DNA of 64,000 nucleotides from Kiritimatiellia bacterium. GTDB taxonomy: Bacteria; Verrucomicrobiota; Kiritimatiellia; RFP12; UBA1067. The notes under the pieces are model-generated. The model saw nothing but the letters and a program-made list of their open reading frames with translations, did not search any database and was not told the DNA's origin. The DNA lies in NCBI GenBank assembly GCA_050949565.1, contig JBMNFY010000011.1, positions 70,334 through 134,333 of the forward strand. Reading direction: 5' to 3'. Shown piece after piece: positions 19,327 through 29,133 of the stretch (the first letter of the stretch is position 1; each line of letters starts with the position of its first letter). The translations under genes and the position numbers were made by a program.

Positions 19327-20862
19327 CTACCGATCCGACTCCCACTTCTCCAGCCACACGCATCGGTTACCGGGGCCGAACGCCTCAAGGAACGCGGGGG
19401 TATTTGTGTCGCACATGCGGTCACGCACAGGCACCTCCGTGATTTTACCGAACACGCCACCCGTCCGCTCGATGAAGACATTCCCGTCCAGACGCGGCAT
19501 AGATGAAGACCCGTCGAGGTTTTTGAGCCCGCTCCCCACATCCATCAAACGGTCAATCGAGTGGCAGATCACGTTATTGCGTATCACGTAGTTGAACGCC
19601 CGGTTGCGCTCAGCGTGGAACCACCCCTTCACGTGCGCCGCGCAACCGCGATCCGCACGCTGTTCGCTGAAGCCCACGCCCGCGTTCATCATGAGATTGT
19701 TCGCGTAAAGGATGTTCTCCATACGGCTCGGGTTACCGTCCTTCGCCGTAAGGAAGTATTCGATCGAGTAGTTGCACCTGTCGAACACATTGTGCGCGAA
19801 GAGGACGTTCTTCTGATCGAAGCGTTTCATCCCGTCTTTCGGAGGGATGTTGAACTGATGCGTCACGCCCGCATCATATATCTGGTCAAAAAAGCAGTTC
19901 GTGACCGTGTAGTTCTCGCAACCGCCGTAGATTTCCACACCGTTGCCGAGGCGCGTGGGATAGTCGCGCCCGTAGATGCCCTCCGCCTGAATGGATCCAC
20001 CGATCCAAACAAACTCGCTGTTCGACACCGTGAGGTTGCGGCAGGTGCCCGCCGCAACACCGTGCACGCCCACGTACTTGACGGTAAAGTTGTCAATCGT
20101 CACGTCATCAGCACCCCCCACGCCGAATCCTGACGTCTTCACGTTGAACTCGATTGAGCGGAAGCGTTCGCCTGGATTGCGTTCGCTGTAGAGGTACACG
20201 AGCCCCGTGCCGTCTTTGTAGTAGTCGTGCCAGAAATGCAGATCGCCATCAAGATCGCGGTAAGAGTTGAAGGGACGCCCCGTATACTTGTTGAACTTCT
20301 CCCCCGTTTTCTTGTCCGTGCGAATGACGATCTTGATCGCATGTGCGGCACCATCGTCGAAAACGAGCGTGCCCACATCCGTTTCGCCGATTGGATACGA
20401 CCACACACGCGGATTGTCCGTCCGCCGCCACTTCTTCGGATCGGCGCCGTTCTCCGGCGAACCATAGATCATCGGTTTCGGTCCGGTGCCGTATGCCGCG
20501 TAGGTTACACCCTTCTGTACGCATACTCTGCCGCGGTACACGCCGCCACGCTGATAGCGCACCCAACTACCGGGCGCGAGGTTCTCGCGATTGAGCCGTG
20601 CCGTCGTCTGCCAGGCCGTCGAAGGCGTACGGCCGTCCGCCGTGTCGTTGCCCTGCGCCGCTGAGACGTAGTAGACGGGCACACCTGCGGGCGGCGTGCT
20701 GTCTCCCGTTGCACGGATTTCCGCGATGCGCGCATCCATCACACGCCGCAACGCGGACGGCGAGTTGATCTGCGCGAGATCCAGTTCCTTCGCATCCAGT
20801 CCCGACACCAGCAGCCCCAGCCCCATCATCAAAGGACACAACTTGGCACTCATATCATCCAT
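19327..20862 (-). CDS. Secreted hypothetical beta-helix protein
   Basis: Signal peptide, YYVSAAQGND...AWQT motif, parallel beta-helix-like repeats; exact start uncertain. Confidence 0.7.
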   Translation of the reverse strand: MDDMSAKLCPLMMGLGLLVSGLDAKELDLAQINSPSALRRVMDARIAEIRATGDSTPPAGVPVYYVSAAQGNDTADGRTPSTAWQTTARLNRENLAPGSWVRYQRGGVYRGRVCVQKGVTYAAYGTGPKPMIYGSPENGADPKKWRRTDNPRVWSYPIGETDVGTLVFDDGAAHAIKIVIRTDKKTGEKFNKYTGRPFNSYRDLDGDLHFWHDYYKDGTGLVYLYSERNPGERFRSIEFNVKTSGFGVGGADDVTIDNFTVKYVGVHGVAAGTCRNLTVSNSEFVWIGGSIQAEGIYGRDYPTRLGNGVEIYGGCENYTVTNCFFDQIYDAGVTHQFNIPPKDGMKRFDQKNVLFAHNVFDRCNYSIEYFLTAKDGNPSRMENILYANNLMMNAGVGFSEQRADRGCAAHVKGWFHAERNRAFNYVIRNNVICHSIDRLMDVGSGLKNLDGSSSMPRLDGNVFIERTGGVFGKITEVPVRDRMCDTNTPAFLEAFGPGNRCVWLEKWESDR

Positions 20863-20948
20863 TCTCCCTCTTTCAGAAAAGTGTTACCCCTCAGCGCTCT
20901 CGCATAGTTTTTCTATGGTAGCACAAGGAGAAATCAGGTATCAACTGC

Positions 20949-22390
20949 AAGGACTTTCCCCAAAAAATCGGGGGCAATTATATCTAAGTCCTTGAAAACA
21001 AAGGGGATGCGTCTCTGACGGGCGTGCCTGAAAGTGAAAAAGTGGTTTTCCTCCGCCGGTTCTGCCAAAATGGCGGTTCAACCAAAAACCGGAAAGGAAA
21101 ACCGACATGAATCATAGCGCAACGGCGTTCAAAGCGCGAGAGCAACTCAAGAATTTTTTGGGGGAACTTTCCCCCCGGTTTTCCAAGCCGCTCGGCAAGT
21201 TCGTGGGCGACATGGTCTACGGGATACAGGCGTCGCAGGACGTGAAGCTCAGCCGGATCGCCCGCGCGCTCGACGAGCCGATATCGATGAAGAAACTGGA
21301 GGACAGGCTGAGCCGGATGCTCGGGAGCGAGGGCATCGAGCAGGGGATTTCCGACGCTGTCGCCCGTCTGGGCTCGCGTCACGTCCATCAGGACACGCTG
21401 ATCGTCATCGACCCGACCGACATCCGTAAGCTGTACGCGAAGAAGATGGAATATCTCGCCCGCGTCCGGGACGGGAGCACGGGGGAGATCGGCAACGGAT
21501 ACAGCGCCTGCCTGGCGGTCGCCTGCGAGAGCGGCGGCCGCCGGATCACGCCGTTGCACATGCGGCTGTGGTCGAGCGAGGCGGAGGGCTTCATCAGCCA
21601 GAACGACGAGGTGCTCGGCGTCATCGACCAGATCAGCTCCCGCGCGAAGAAGCGCGGCATCTACGTCATCGACCGCGGAGGCGACGGAGACTGGCTGTTC
21701 GACGGCCTGGACCGGCGCAAACTGGACTACATCGTGCGCCTCGTGGGCAACCGCAACCTGCTCCACGGCCGGCGGACCGCGCTGGCCGAAGAACTGGCGG
21801 CATCCTGCCCCATGAAGCACATCGAGATCGTCACGAGGGAGACGGGGGACGGGGTGAAAAGCTATAAGCTGGAGTTCGGCGCCATGACCGTCGCCCTGCC
21901 GCAGAGGCCCGACAAGCCCCTGCGCATGGTCGTGGTGAAGGGGTTCGGCGAGCGGCCGATGCTCCTGCTGACCACGCTGGCCGGGACGACGTCGCGCAAG
22001 TCCCTGTGGCAGGTCGTCGAGGGCTATCTGACGCGGTGGCGCGTCGAGGACGCGATCCGCTTCGTCAAGCAGAGCTACAACCTCGAGGACATCCGGGTCC
22101 TGACGTACCGGCGCCTGAAAAACATGGTCGCTCTGCTGCTGGCCGTCATCTACTTCAACTGCGTCTGGCTGGCCGGACGGCTGCGCTGCGAGATCCTGAC
22201 GACCAACATCACCCACGCCGCCAAGCGCATCTACGGCGTGGCCGAGTTCCTCCACTACGCCGTCGCCGACGGCCTCGGGAGGCTCTTCACGCGCCACGGG
22301 AAATGGTACGGCTACAAGCCGCCAGACCCCGAATCAAACCCGCTCGGACTGGTCTTTCTGGAATGACCAGATTTTTTGGGGAAACTCCTT
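20949..22390 (+). mobile_element. IS4-family insertion sequence, complete
   Basis: IRs AAGGACTTTCCCCAAAAAATC (20949-20969) / GATTTTTTGGGGAAACTCCTT (22370-22390); 9-bp target duplication ATCAACTGC at 20940-20948 and 22391-22399. Confidence 0.92.
21107..22366 (+). CDS. IS4-family DDE transposase
   Basis: IDPTD, IDRGGD and YREK-type YLTRWRVEDAIRFVK motif. Confidence 0.9.
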   Translation: MNHSATAFKAREQLKNFLGELSPRFSKPLGKFVGDMVYGIQASQDVKLSRIARALDEPISMKKLEDRLSRMLGSEGIEQGISDAVARLGSRHVHQDTLIVIDPTDIRKLYAKKMEYLARVRDGSTGEIGNGYSACLAVACESGGRRITPLHMRLWSSEAEGFISQNDEVLGVIDQISSRAKKRGIYVIDRGGDGDWLFDGLDRRKLDYIVRLVGNRNLLHGRRTALAEELAASCPMKHIEIVTRETGDGVKSYKLEFGAMTVALPQRPDKPLRMVVVKGFGERPMLLLTTLAGTTSRKSLWQVVEGYLTRWRVEDAIRFVKQSYNLEDIRVLTYRRLKNMVALLLAVIYFNCVWLAGRLRCEILTTNITHAAKRIYGVAEFLHYAVADGLGRLFTRHGKWYGYKPPDPESNPLGLVFLE

Positions 22391-22402
22391 ATCAACTGCG
22401 GT

Positions 22403-22431
22403 TTGCGGACGGGGCCGTTTTTTGGTATTCT
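22403..22431 (+). promoter_or_regulatory. Putative sigma70 promoter of mcsA-mcsB-clpC
   Basis: TTGCGG-17 bp-TATTCT with TGn extension. Confidence 0.5.
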
Positions 22432-22458
22432 CCATTTCTTACGTTTTGGACGAAAAAG

Positions 22459-23001
22459 ATGAAATGCGAACTGTGTCATAAAGCGGATGCGGAAACCGCG
22501 ATCCAGCGCGAGGTGGACGGCGAGGTTCAGGAGCTTTACGTCTGCCAGAACTGTGCCCGGCAGGAAGCCGCGCCGACCGCACCGCCGGTCTCAGAGGAGG
22601 GGCAGCCGACTCCGGAAGACGAGATGGAATCGATGCCGCTGATGGGCATGATCCTCGACGCGGCGTTTGAGATCGTGGGACGCGCCATGAATCTTGCCGA
22701 GCCGGCGTGCCCGGCGTGCGGCATCATGCGCCACGAATACCGCAAGCAGTCGCGCCTAGGATGCCCGGAGTGCTACACGGCATTTGCCAAGGAGATGGAC
22801 GCGGCGATCTTTGACCTGCATCGCGCCACGCAGCATGTCGGTAAGGTGCCGCAGCGGGCGCAAGCCCTTTGGCAGCGCCGTCAGCTTGAAAAGCGTCTGG
22901 AGGAGGCTGTCAAGGCGCAGCGCTATGAAGAGGCGATCGCACTACGCGATGAACTGCGTCGCCTGCCGGAGCCTGATGCTGCGGAAGGAGGCGCACCATG
23001 A
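22459..23001 (+). CDS. mcsA: McsA (protein-arginine kinase activator, UVR domain)
   Basis: Four CxxC pairs, LGCPECY, HVGKVP, C-terminal YEEAIALRD. Confidence 0.9.
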   Translation: MKCELCHKADAETAIQREVDGEVQELYVCQNCARQEAAPTAPPVSEEGQPTPEDEMESMPLMGMILDAAFEIVGRAMNLAEPACPACGIMRHEYRKQSRLGCPECYTAFAKEMDAAIFDLHRATQHVGKVPQRAQALWQRRQLEKRLEEAVKAQRYEEAIALRDELRRLPEPDAAEGGAP

Positions 23002-24056
23002 TTTTACCGTCGGAGGAACAAAAGACGCCCCGGCAACCCGCGTTGCCTGCGGAAGCCGCGACGATCGCGATGAGCTGCCGCGTGCGGCTGGCGCGTAATC
23101 TGGCGGGCGAGCGCTTCCCGGACTGGGCAACCGAGCGTGACCGCGAACGGATCTTGGATGCGGTGCACGAGGCCATGGACAAGGATGCCCCCGAACTGGG
23201 CATGGTGCCGATCGCAGGGATTGAGGCACAAGACCGCGACATCCTGTACGAATCGCGCCTGATCAGCAGAGAACTGATGGAGCGGGCAGCTGGCGGCGGC
23301 ATGGCGGTGGCGCAGGATGGCTCGGCCTGCGTCATGATCAATGAAGAGGACCACCTGCGCATCCAAGGATTCGCGCGGGGGCTGGACATGCAGACTGCTT
23401 GGCGGCGTGCTGATGAGCTGGATACGCGCCTGGAGCGCCATCTCACGTACGCATGGTCGCCGCGGCTGGGATATCTGACAGCCTGTCCGAGTAATGTCGG
23501 CACCGGTCTGCGCGCCGGGGTCATGCTGCACCTTTTGGGACTGCGGCTGTGGGACGAGATTGAACCGGTCGTGACCGCGCTGGAAAGGATGCGGCTGCTG
23601 GTGCGCGGCATCGGCGGCGAGGGCTCCGAAGCGGCCGGCCAGATCTATCAGGTGTCGAATATGGACACGCTGGGCATAGGCGAGGCGGAGATCATCCGCC
23701 GCGTGACGCGCATTTGTACGGAGGTGGTGCGGCAGGAGTACAACGCACGCGTGCGGCTCCTGCAAGAGTCGCCTTTGGTGCTGGCGGATTGTTTGGCGCG
23801 CTCGTTGAGCATCCTGCAGAACGCGCGCCTGCTGACCACGGCAGAGGCGCTGGAGTTTCTCTCGGCGTTGCGCTTAGGTGCGGCGATGGGATTGTGTACG
23901 CGCCTGAAGGTGGCGGATGTGGATACGTTGATCCTGATGATGCAACCCGGCCATTTGCAGAAGGGACTGGGCGCGGAGATGTCCTCCGACGAACGTGACG
24001 AGATGCGTGCGGACTTCCTGAGCCGCAAAGTAGCCCATGTCAAACTGAAGTGTTGA
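22998..24056 (+). CDS. mcsB: Protein arginine kinase McsB
   Basis: RVRLARN, NEEDHLRI, LTACPSNVGTGLRA. Confidence 0.93.
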   Translation: MILPSEEQKTPRQPALPAEAATIAMSCRVRLARNLAGERFPDWATERDRERILDAVHEAMDKDAPELGMVPIAGIEAQDRDILYESRLISRELMERAAGGGMAVAQDGSACVMINEEDHLRIQGFARGLDMQTAWRRADELDTRLERHLTYAWSPRLGYLTACPSNVGTGLRAGVMLHLLGLRLWDEIEPVVTALERMRLLVRGIGGEGSEAAGQIYQVSNMDTLGIGEAEIIRRVTRICTEVVRQEYNARVRLLQESPLVLADCLARSLSILQNARLLTTAEALEFLSALRLGAAMGLCTRLKVADVDTLILMMQPGHLQKGLGAEMSSDERDEMRADFLSRKVAHVKLKC

Positions 24057-24065
24057 GGAGAATCG

Positions 24066-26786
24066 ATGAACATTTTTGAGCATTTTACAGAGCGCGCGCG
24101 ACGCGCATTGCATTTGGCGGCACGCGAGGCCAGCCGCTTTAACCATCCCTATATCGGCACCGAGCACCTGTTGCTGGGGCTGGTGGCGCTGGGCGAGGGC
24201 GTGGCGGTTGAGGTGTTGGGCGAACTGGGCGTGTCACTGGACGATGTGCGCATCGCGGTCGAGCGTATGGTGGGGTTCGGCGGTGACATCAAGACCAAGG
24301 GTGACCTGCCCTACACGCCGCGCACCAAGAAGGTGCTGCAACTTGCGGTTGCCGAGGCGCACTCGATGCGGCAGCAGATGGTGGGCACCGAACACCTGCT
24401 GCTGGCGCTGCTGCGCGAGGGCGAAGGAATTGCCGCGCAGGTCTTGCAGTCGCTGAATGTGCAGATCGACGAGGTACAGGACGGCGTGCGCCGCTTCCTT
24501 GAGGCGATGGAAGAGATGGACGAGGACGACGAAGGTGAATTTGGCCCGTCCGACCGCGACGAGGAACAATCAGAGCCGATGCGCGATGGTCCGCCGCTGG
24601 GCATGCCGCCCATGGGTGGCACGAAAAAGGAGGCGAAGTCCAAAACGCCGGCGCTGAACGCATTCGGCCGCGACCTGACCGAACTGGCAAAAAAGGGTGA
24701 ATTGGACCCGGTGGTCGGACGCCACAACGAACTGGAACGTGTGATCCAAATCTTGAGCCGCCGCTCCAAAAACAACGCGGCACTGCTGGGCGAAGCCGGT
24801 GTCGGCAAGACGGCGGTGGTTGAGGGGCTGGCGCATGCGATTGTCAGCGGCGATGTGCCGGAGCGCATGCTCGATAAGCGCGTGATCGCGCTCGATATGG
24901 CGCTGATGGTGGCGGGTACGAAATACCGCGGCCAGTTCGAAGAGCGCATCAAGGCGGTCGTGGAAGAGATCCGGCGCGAAAAGAATGTCATTCTGTTTCT
25001 GGATGAACTGCACACGATTGTGGGCGCCGGCGGCGCCGAGGGCGCAATGGACGCCGCCAACATCATCAAACCCGCGCTGGCACGGGGTGAGTTGCAGTGC
25101 GTCGGCGCGACGACCCTGAGCGAGTACCGCAAGTCTATCGAGAAGGATGCCGCGCTGGAGCGCCGCTTCCAGACCGTGCGTGTTGAAGAGCCGACCGTCG
25201 AAGAGACGGTGGCGATCCTGCGCGGCATCGCACCGCGCTACGAGGCACATCACAATGTGCTGTACGAAGCCGAGGCGCTGGAGGCGGCGGCGAAGCTGAC
25301 GGCGCGCTACCAGCCCGGCCGGCAATTGCCCGACAAGGCGATCGACGCGATCGACGAGTCCGGTGCGCGGGTGCGCATGCGGGTGTCGGCGCGTCCGCCG
25401 GACATGCGCGAATTTGAACGGCATATCCGCGAGGTGAGCCAGAAAAAAGACGCGGCGATCCGTGACCAGCATTTTGAGGAGGCGGCGGCATTGCGCGATG
25501 AAGAGCGCAAGGCCAAGCAAGAACTGGATGCCGCCGTGGCGGCGTGGAAGGCCGAGCACTGCGAGAAGCCCCAGCCGGTGACGGTCGACGATGTGACCGA
25601 GACGGTGGCATACATCACCGGCGTGCCGATCAAGCGCATGAGCGAGACCGAGTTGGCACGCATGCTCAACATCGAGCAGGAACTGCAAGAGGCGGTCGTG
25701 GGACAGATCCCGGCGATCCAAGCGGTAGCGCGTGCGCTGCGGCGGTCGCGGGCCGACCTCAAGGATCCCAAGCGGCCGATCGGCTCCTTTATCTTTCTGG
25801 GGCCAACCGGCGTGGGCAAGACCCTCCTGGCCAAGGCGCTGGCTGAAAAGATGTTCGGCGACGAGAAGGCGCTGGTGCAGATCGACATGTCGGAGTACAT
25901 GGAGAAGTTCACCGTCTCGCGCCTCATCGGTTCGCCGCCCGGCTATGTCGGCCACGAAGAGGGCGGACAGCTCACCGAGCGCGTGCGGCGTCGGCCGTAC
26001 AGTGTGGTGCTTTTCGATGAAGTTGAAAAGGCCCACCCGGACGTGATGAACATGCTGCTGCAGCTTCTGGAGGAGGGCCGGCTCACGGACAGCCTCGGGC
26101 GTCAGGTTGACTTCCGCAACACGGTGGTGATCCTGACGTCCAACCTCGGCTTCGACACGGCCAAGCAGGGACAGGGGCTGGGCTTCGCGCAAGAATCGGC
26201 GCAGGAAGACTACGACCGTTTGCGCAACCGCATGATCGACGCGGCCAAACGGATCTTCAAGCCGGAACTGATGAACCGGTTTGACGACATCATCGTCTTC
26301 CGCAAGCTGGACAAGGAGGATGTCGTCAAGATCCTCGACATCGAACTGGCCAAGCTGCGGGAACGGCTCGCCGCCAAATCGATCACGCTTGAGCCTGACG
26401 AGGCGGCCACCGAATTTCTGGTCAACAAGGGCTTTGATCCCGCTTTGGGCGCCCGGCCGCTGCGGCGTACCGTCGAGCGCTACTTAGAAGATCGGCTGGC
26501 CGAGGAGCTGTTGCGCGGTGTGCTGACCGCGGGCGTGATCGAGGTCAGCGTAGCTGCGGACGGCGAGGGCCTGACTTTCCGCATGCGTGACGAACTGCCC
26601 CTGCGCACGTCAGACACGCAGGCGCTGACGCCGGAGGGTGACGCGCCGAAAAAGAAGCGTACCACGACCGCAAAGAAAACCGGTACAACAAAGAAAAAAC
26701 CACGGAAAACCACGAAAAAAACCAGCGCGACCACAAAAAAACGTGCGCCGCGCACAAAAAAGGACAGTGAAAAGAACCGCGATTGA
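24066..26786 (+). CDS. clpC: ATP-dependent Clp protease ATP-binding subunit ClpC
   Basis: Two Clp-N repeats, GEAGVGKT and GPTGVGKT Walker A motifs, UVR middle domain, basic C-terminal tail. Confidence 0.95.
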   Translation: MNIFEHFTERARRALHLAAREASRFNHPYIGTEHLLLGLVALGEGVAVEVLGELGVSLDDVRIAVERMVGFGGDIKTKGDLPYTPRTKKVLQLAVAEAHSMRQQMVGTEHLLLALLREGEGIAAQVLQSLNVQIDEVQDGVRRFLEAMEEMDEDDEGEFGPSDRDEEQSEPMRDGPPLGMPPMGGTKKEAKSKTPALNAFGRDLTELAKKGELDPVVGRHNELERVIQILSRRSKNNAALLGEAGVGKTAVVEGLAHAIVSGDVPERMLDKRVIALDMALMVAGTKYRGQFEERIKAVVEEIRREKNVILFLDELHTIVGAGGAEGAMDAANIIKPALARGELQCVGATTLSEYRKSIEKDAALERRFQTVRVEEPTVEETVAILRGIAPRYEAHHNVLYEAEALEAAAKLTARYQPGRQLPDKAIDAIDESGARVRMRVSARPPDMREFERHIREVSQKKDAAIRDQHFEEAAALRDEERKAKQELDAAVAAWKAEHCEKPQPVTVDDVTETVAYITGVPIKRMSETELARMLNIEQELQEAVVGQIPAIQAVARALRRSRADLKDPKRPIGSFIFLGPTGVGKTLLAKALAEKMFGDEKALVQIDMSEYMEKFTVSRLIGSPPGYVGHEEGGQLTERVRRRPYSVVLFDEVEKAHPDVMNMLLQLLEEGRLTDSLGRQVDFRNTVVILTSNLGFDTAKQGQGLGFAQESAQEDYDRLRNRMIDAAKRIFKPELMNRFDDIIVFRKLDKEDVVKILDIELAKLRERLAAKSITLEPDEAATEFLVNKGFDPALGARPLRRTVERYLEDRLAEELLRGVLTAGVIEVSVAADGEGLTFRMRDELPLRTSDTQALTPEGDAPKKKRTTTAKKTGTTKKKPRKTTKKTSATTKKRAPRTKKDSEKNRD

Positions 26787-26848
26787 AAAATCCCGCTTGC
26801 CAGACAGGGCTCAGTGTTGATACCTTATCGCGTTTCACGGAGGAAAAA

Positions 26849-27109
26849 ATGGTCAAAATCAGACTTCGCAGAACAGGCTGCAAAAACAACGCTGCGTTTC
26901 GCGTTGTGGCGACAGACGAGCGTTCGCCTCGCGACGGCAGATTTCTTGAGATTCTGGGCTGGTACGAGCCCAAGCGTGAAGGCGAGAACTTCAAGGTGGA
27001 TCTGGAGCGCGTCGAGCACTGGCTGTCTAAGGGTGCCCGGATGAGCGAGACCGTGGCGAGCATGGTTCGCAAGACCCAAAAAGCTGCGGCTGATACAACA
27101 GCAGTGTAA
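26849..27109 (+). CDS. rpsP: 30S ribosomal protein S16
   Basis: MVKIRLRRTG...SPRDGRFLEILG; GGAGG RBS. Confidence 0.96.
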   Translation: MVKIRLRRTGCKNNAAFRVVATDERSPRDGRFLEILGWYEPKREGENFKVDLERVEHWLSKGARMSETVASMVRKTQKAAADTTAV

Positions 27110-27127
27110 GGCCGTGCGGCGGCCGGT

Positions 27128-27856
27128 ATGGGCGACCCCCTGCAGATTGATGTGCTGACCGTGTTTCCGGGCATGCTCCGCGGATTTCTCGAAGAGAGCA
27201 TGTTGCGGCGGGCGGCGCGACAGGGGGCAGTTGTTTTCAGGACGGTGGATCTGCGCGACTTCGCGCACGACGCGCGGCGCACGGTGGACGACCGTCCGTA
27301 TGGTGGCGGCCCCGGCATGATCATGAAGCCGGAGCCGTGGTTCGAGGCGATTGAAACGGTGCGCACTCCGGAAGCGCGGGTGATCCTGATGACCCCGTCC
27401 GGTGTGACGTTCCGGCAGGCGGAGGCGCGGCGGCTGGCGAAGGCCAGTCACCTGATCTTTGTCTGCGGCCACTATGAGGGCGTTGACGACCGCGTGCGCG
27501 CGGCACTGGTGACGGATGAGTTGTCGATCGGCGACTACGTGCTCACCAACGGGGTCCTGCCCGCAGCGGTGGTGATTGATGCGGTTGTGCGGTTGCTACC
27601 CGGTGTGCTGGGCGGCGGCGAGGAGGCGACCCGGGACGAGTCCTTTAGCGAGGACCGGCTGGAGTTTCCGCAGTACACGCGTCCGCCGGTGTATCGCGGA
27701 ATGGCGGTGCCGACGGTTTTACAAAACGGCAACCATGCCGAGGTAGATGCTTGGCGCGCGCGTCAGGCGTTGGACAGGACAGCGAAACGGCGGCCGGATT
27801 TGTTAGAACGTGAATTCACTAGAGTGCGTGAAGCACAGGTTGGAGAAGAGAGATGA
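27128..27856 (+). CDS. trmD: tRNA (guanine-N1)-methyltransferase
   Basis: [29 protein letters not shown]. Confidence 0.96.
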   Translation: MGDPLQIDVLTVFPGMLRGFLEESMLRRAARQGAVVFRTVDLRDFAHDARRTVDDRPYGGGPGMIMKPEPWFEAIETVRTPEARVILMTPSGVTFRQAEARRLAKASHLIFVCGHYEGVDDRVRAALVTDELSIGDYVLTNGVLPAAVVIDAVVRLLPGVLGGGEEATRDESFSEDRLEFPQYTRPPVYRGMAVPTVLQNGNHAEVDAWRARQALDRTAKRRPDLLEREFTRVREAQVGEER

Positions 27857-28215
27857 TTGCGAAAGCGATTGATAAAATAGATGCCGAGCAGGTTGCCAAG
27901 GCAAATGAAGGCAAGAAAGCCCCGGAGATCAAGGTGGGCGACAGCGTGAAAGTTTTTGTGCGCATCAAGGAAGGCGGTAAAGAGCGCTTGCAGGCGTTCG
28001 CCGGCACCGTGATCGCCCGCGACAATGGTTCCGGAAACACCGCGACGTTCACGGTCCGTCGCATCTCGTTCGGCGTGGGCGTAGAGAAGGTCTTCCCGCT
28101 GAACTCGCCGTATATCGACCGCGTCGAGGTGGAGCGTTCCGCCCGCGTGCGTCGCGCCAAGCTCTACTTCCTGCGTAGCCGCACGGGCAAGAAGGCCCGC
28201 CTGCGCGAGGCGTGA
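27853..28215 (+). CDS. rplS: 50S ribosomal protein L19
   Basis: [30 protein letters not shown]. Confidence 0.96.
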   Translation: MIAKAIDKIDAEQVAKANEGKKAPEIKVGDSVKVFVRIKEGGKERLQAFAGTVIARDNGSGNTATFTVRRISFGVGVEKVFPLNSPYIDRVEVERSARVRRAKLYFLRSRTGKKARLREA

Positions 28216-28219
28216 GAAG

Positions 28220-28687
28220 TTGCGCGTCATCATCTGCCAAAAACAACGCCGCTTTGCTATCGACACATCTGCGGTCAAGCGGATGGTGCGTGACTTTGCG
28301 GAGTTGGCTCAGACATCTGCCGAACATCCGTGGCAGGAAATCACCGTCCACCTGTACGACGATGACGGTATTGCATCGATCAATCGAGCAATCATGGACC
28401 ACGACGGCCCCACGGATGTCATCACACAGCGCTACACGCCCATTCCCGGCGAGTCCGCCGGTCTAATTGGCGAACTGTTCGTCAATGTCGAACGCGCGCA
28501 CCAAGCCGCGCCACGCCGCACGGGATGGTCGCCCGACCACGAACTCGCGCTCTATCTCGCACACGGCTGCGACCATCTGACCGGTGCCGACGACACCACA
28601 CCGCGCGAACGCGCCCGCATGCGCCGCCGCGAGCTAGCATGGCTCCGGAAGGTGTCCCCCAGGCGATTGTTTGCAGACGACCAGTAA
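28220..28687 (+). CDS. ybeY: rRNA maturation endoribonuclease YbeY
   Basis: DGPTDVIT and HGCDHLTGADD (variant of HGxLHLxGxDH). Confidence 0.8.
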   Translation: MRVIICQKQRRFAIDTSAVKRMVRDFAELAQTSAEHPWQEITVHLYDDDGIASINRAIMDHDGPTDVITQRYTPIPGESAGLIGELFVNVERAHQAAPRRTGWSPDHELALYLAHGCDHLTGADDTTPRERARMRRRELAWLRKVSPRRLFADDQ

Positions 28688-29061
28688 GAGGTAATAGGTA
28701 GTAGGTAAGAGGTAATAAGTTTTCGGGAAGGGCAAGCGTAAGCGGGGGCCTGGTGGATGCCGGACGCATAGCAGCACCCGCAGTACCCGCAGTGCCGAGC
28801 GGCGTGGCACGGGCATCTTGCCCGTGGTGGCGGCGTGAAGCGCCGCCCGGACGAGCGACGCTCGTCCCTCCCGGCGCTCCGCGAGACGGGTGGCCGGGCT
28901 TGTGCAGAGCACGGTGCGGCCGGACGCATAGCAGTACCCGCAGTGCCCGCAGTACCCGCAGTGCCGGAGAACTCTCCGCGCACGGCGCGGAAGGAAACGA
29001 TGCCGCGACCTGCGGCTGGAGCAGCCCCAAAAAACCTCTGCGTCTGTGCCTCTGCGTTAAA
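28684..29061. repeat. Repeat mosaic: AGGTAA(T/G) heptamers, two GCAGTACCC arrays, two REP-like hairpins, CTCTGCG module
   Basis: 28684-28720 heptamers; 28762-28797 and 28919-28966 direct copies; hairpins at 28804-28826 and 28849-28871; 29036-29061. Confidence 0.88.
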
Positions 29062-29133
29062 ATAAGCCCGAACATTGACATCTACGGCAAAAATCTGGCA
29101 TGCTCTCGGGAACGAAAGAAGGAATGGAGAGGC

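Noticed and set aside
22006-22458. Transposase-McsA fusion ORF (331 aa)
   Set aside because: The upstream part is an alternate frame of the IS4 gene; McsA homology starts at MKCELC.
28753-29133. N-terminal extension of the acyl-CoA ligase; also short ORFs with [14 protein letters not shown] or HEVSCVSW
   Set aside because: These are translations of the non-coding repeat modules; a promoter-like TTGACA and RBS support the 29134 start.
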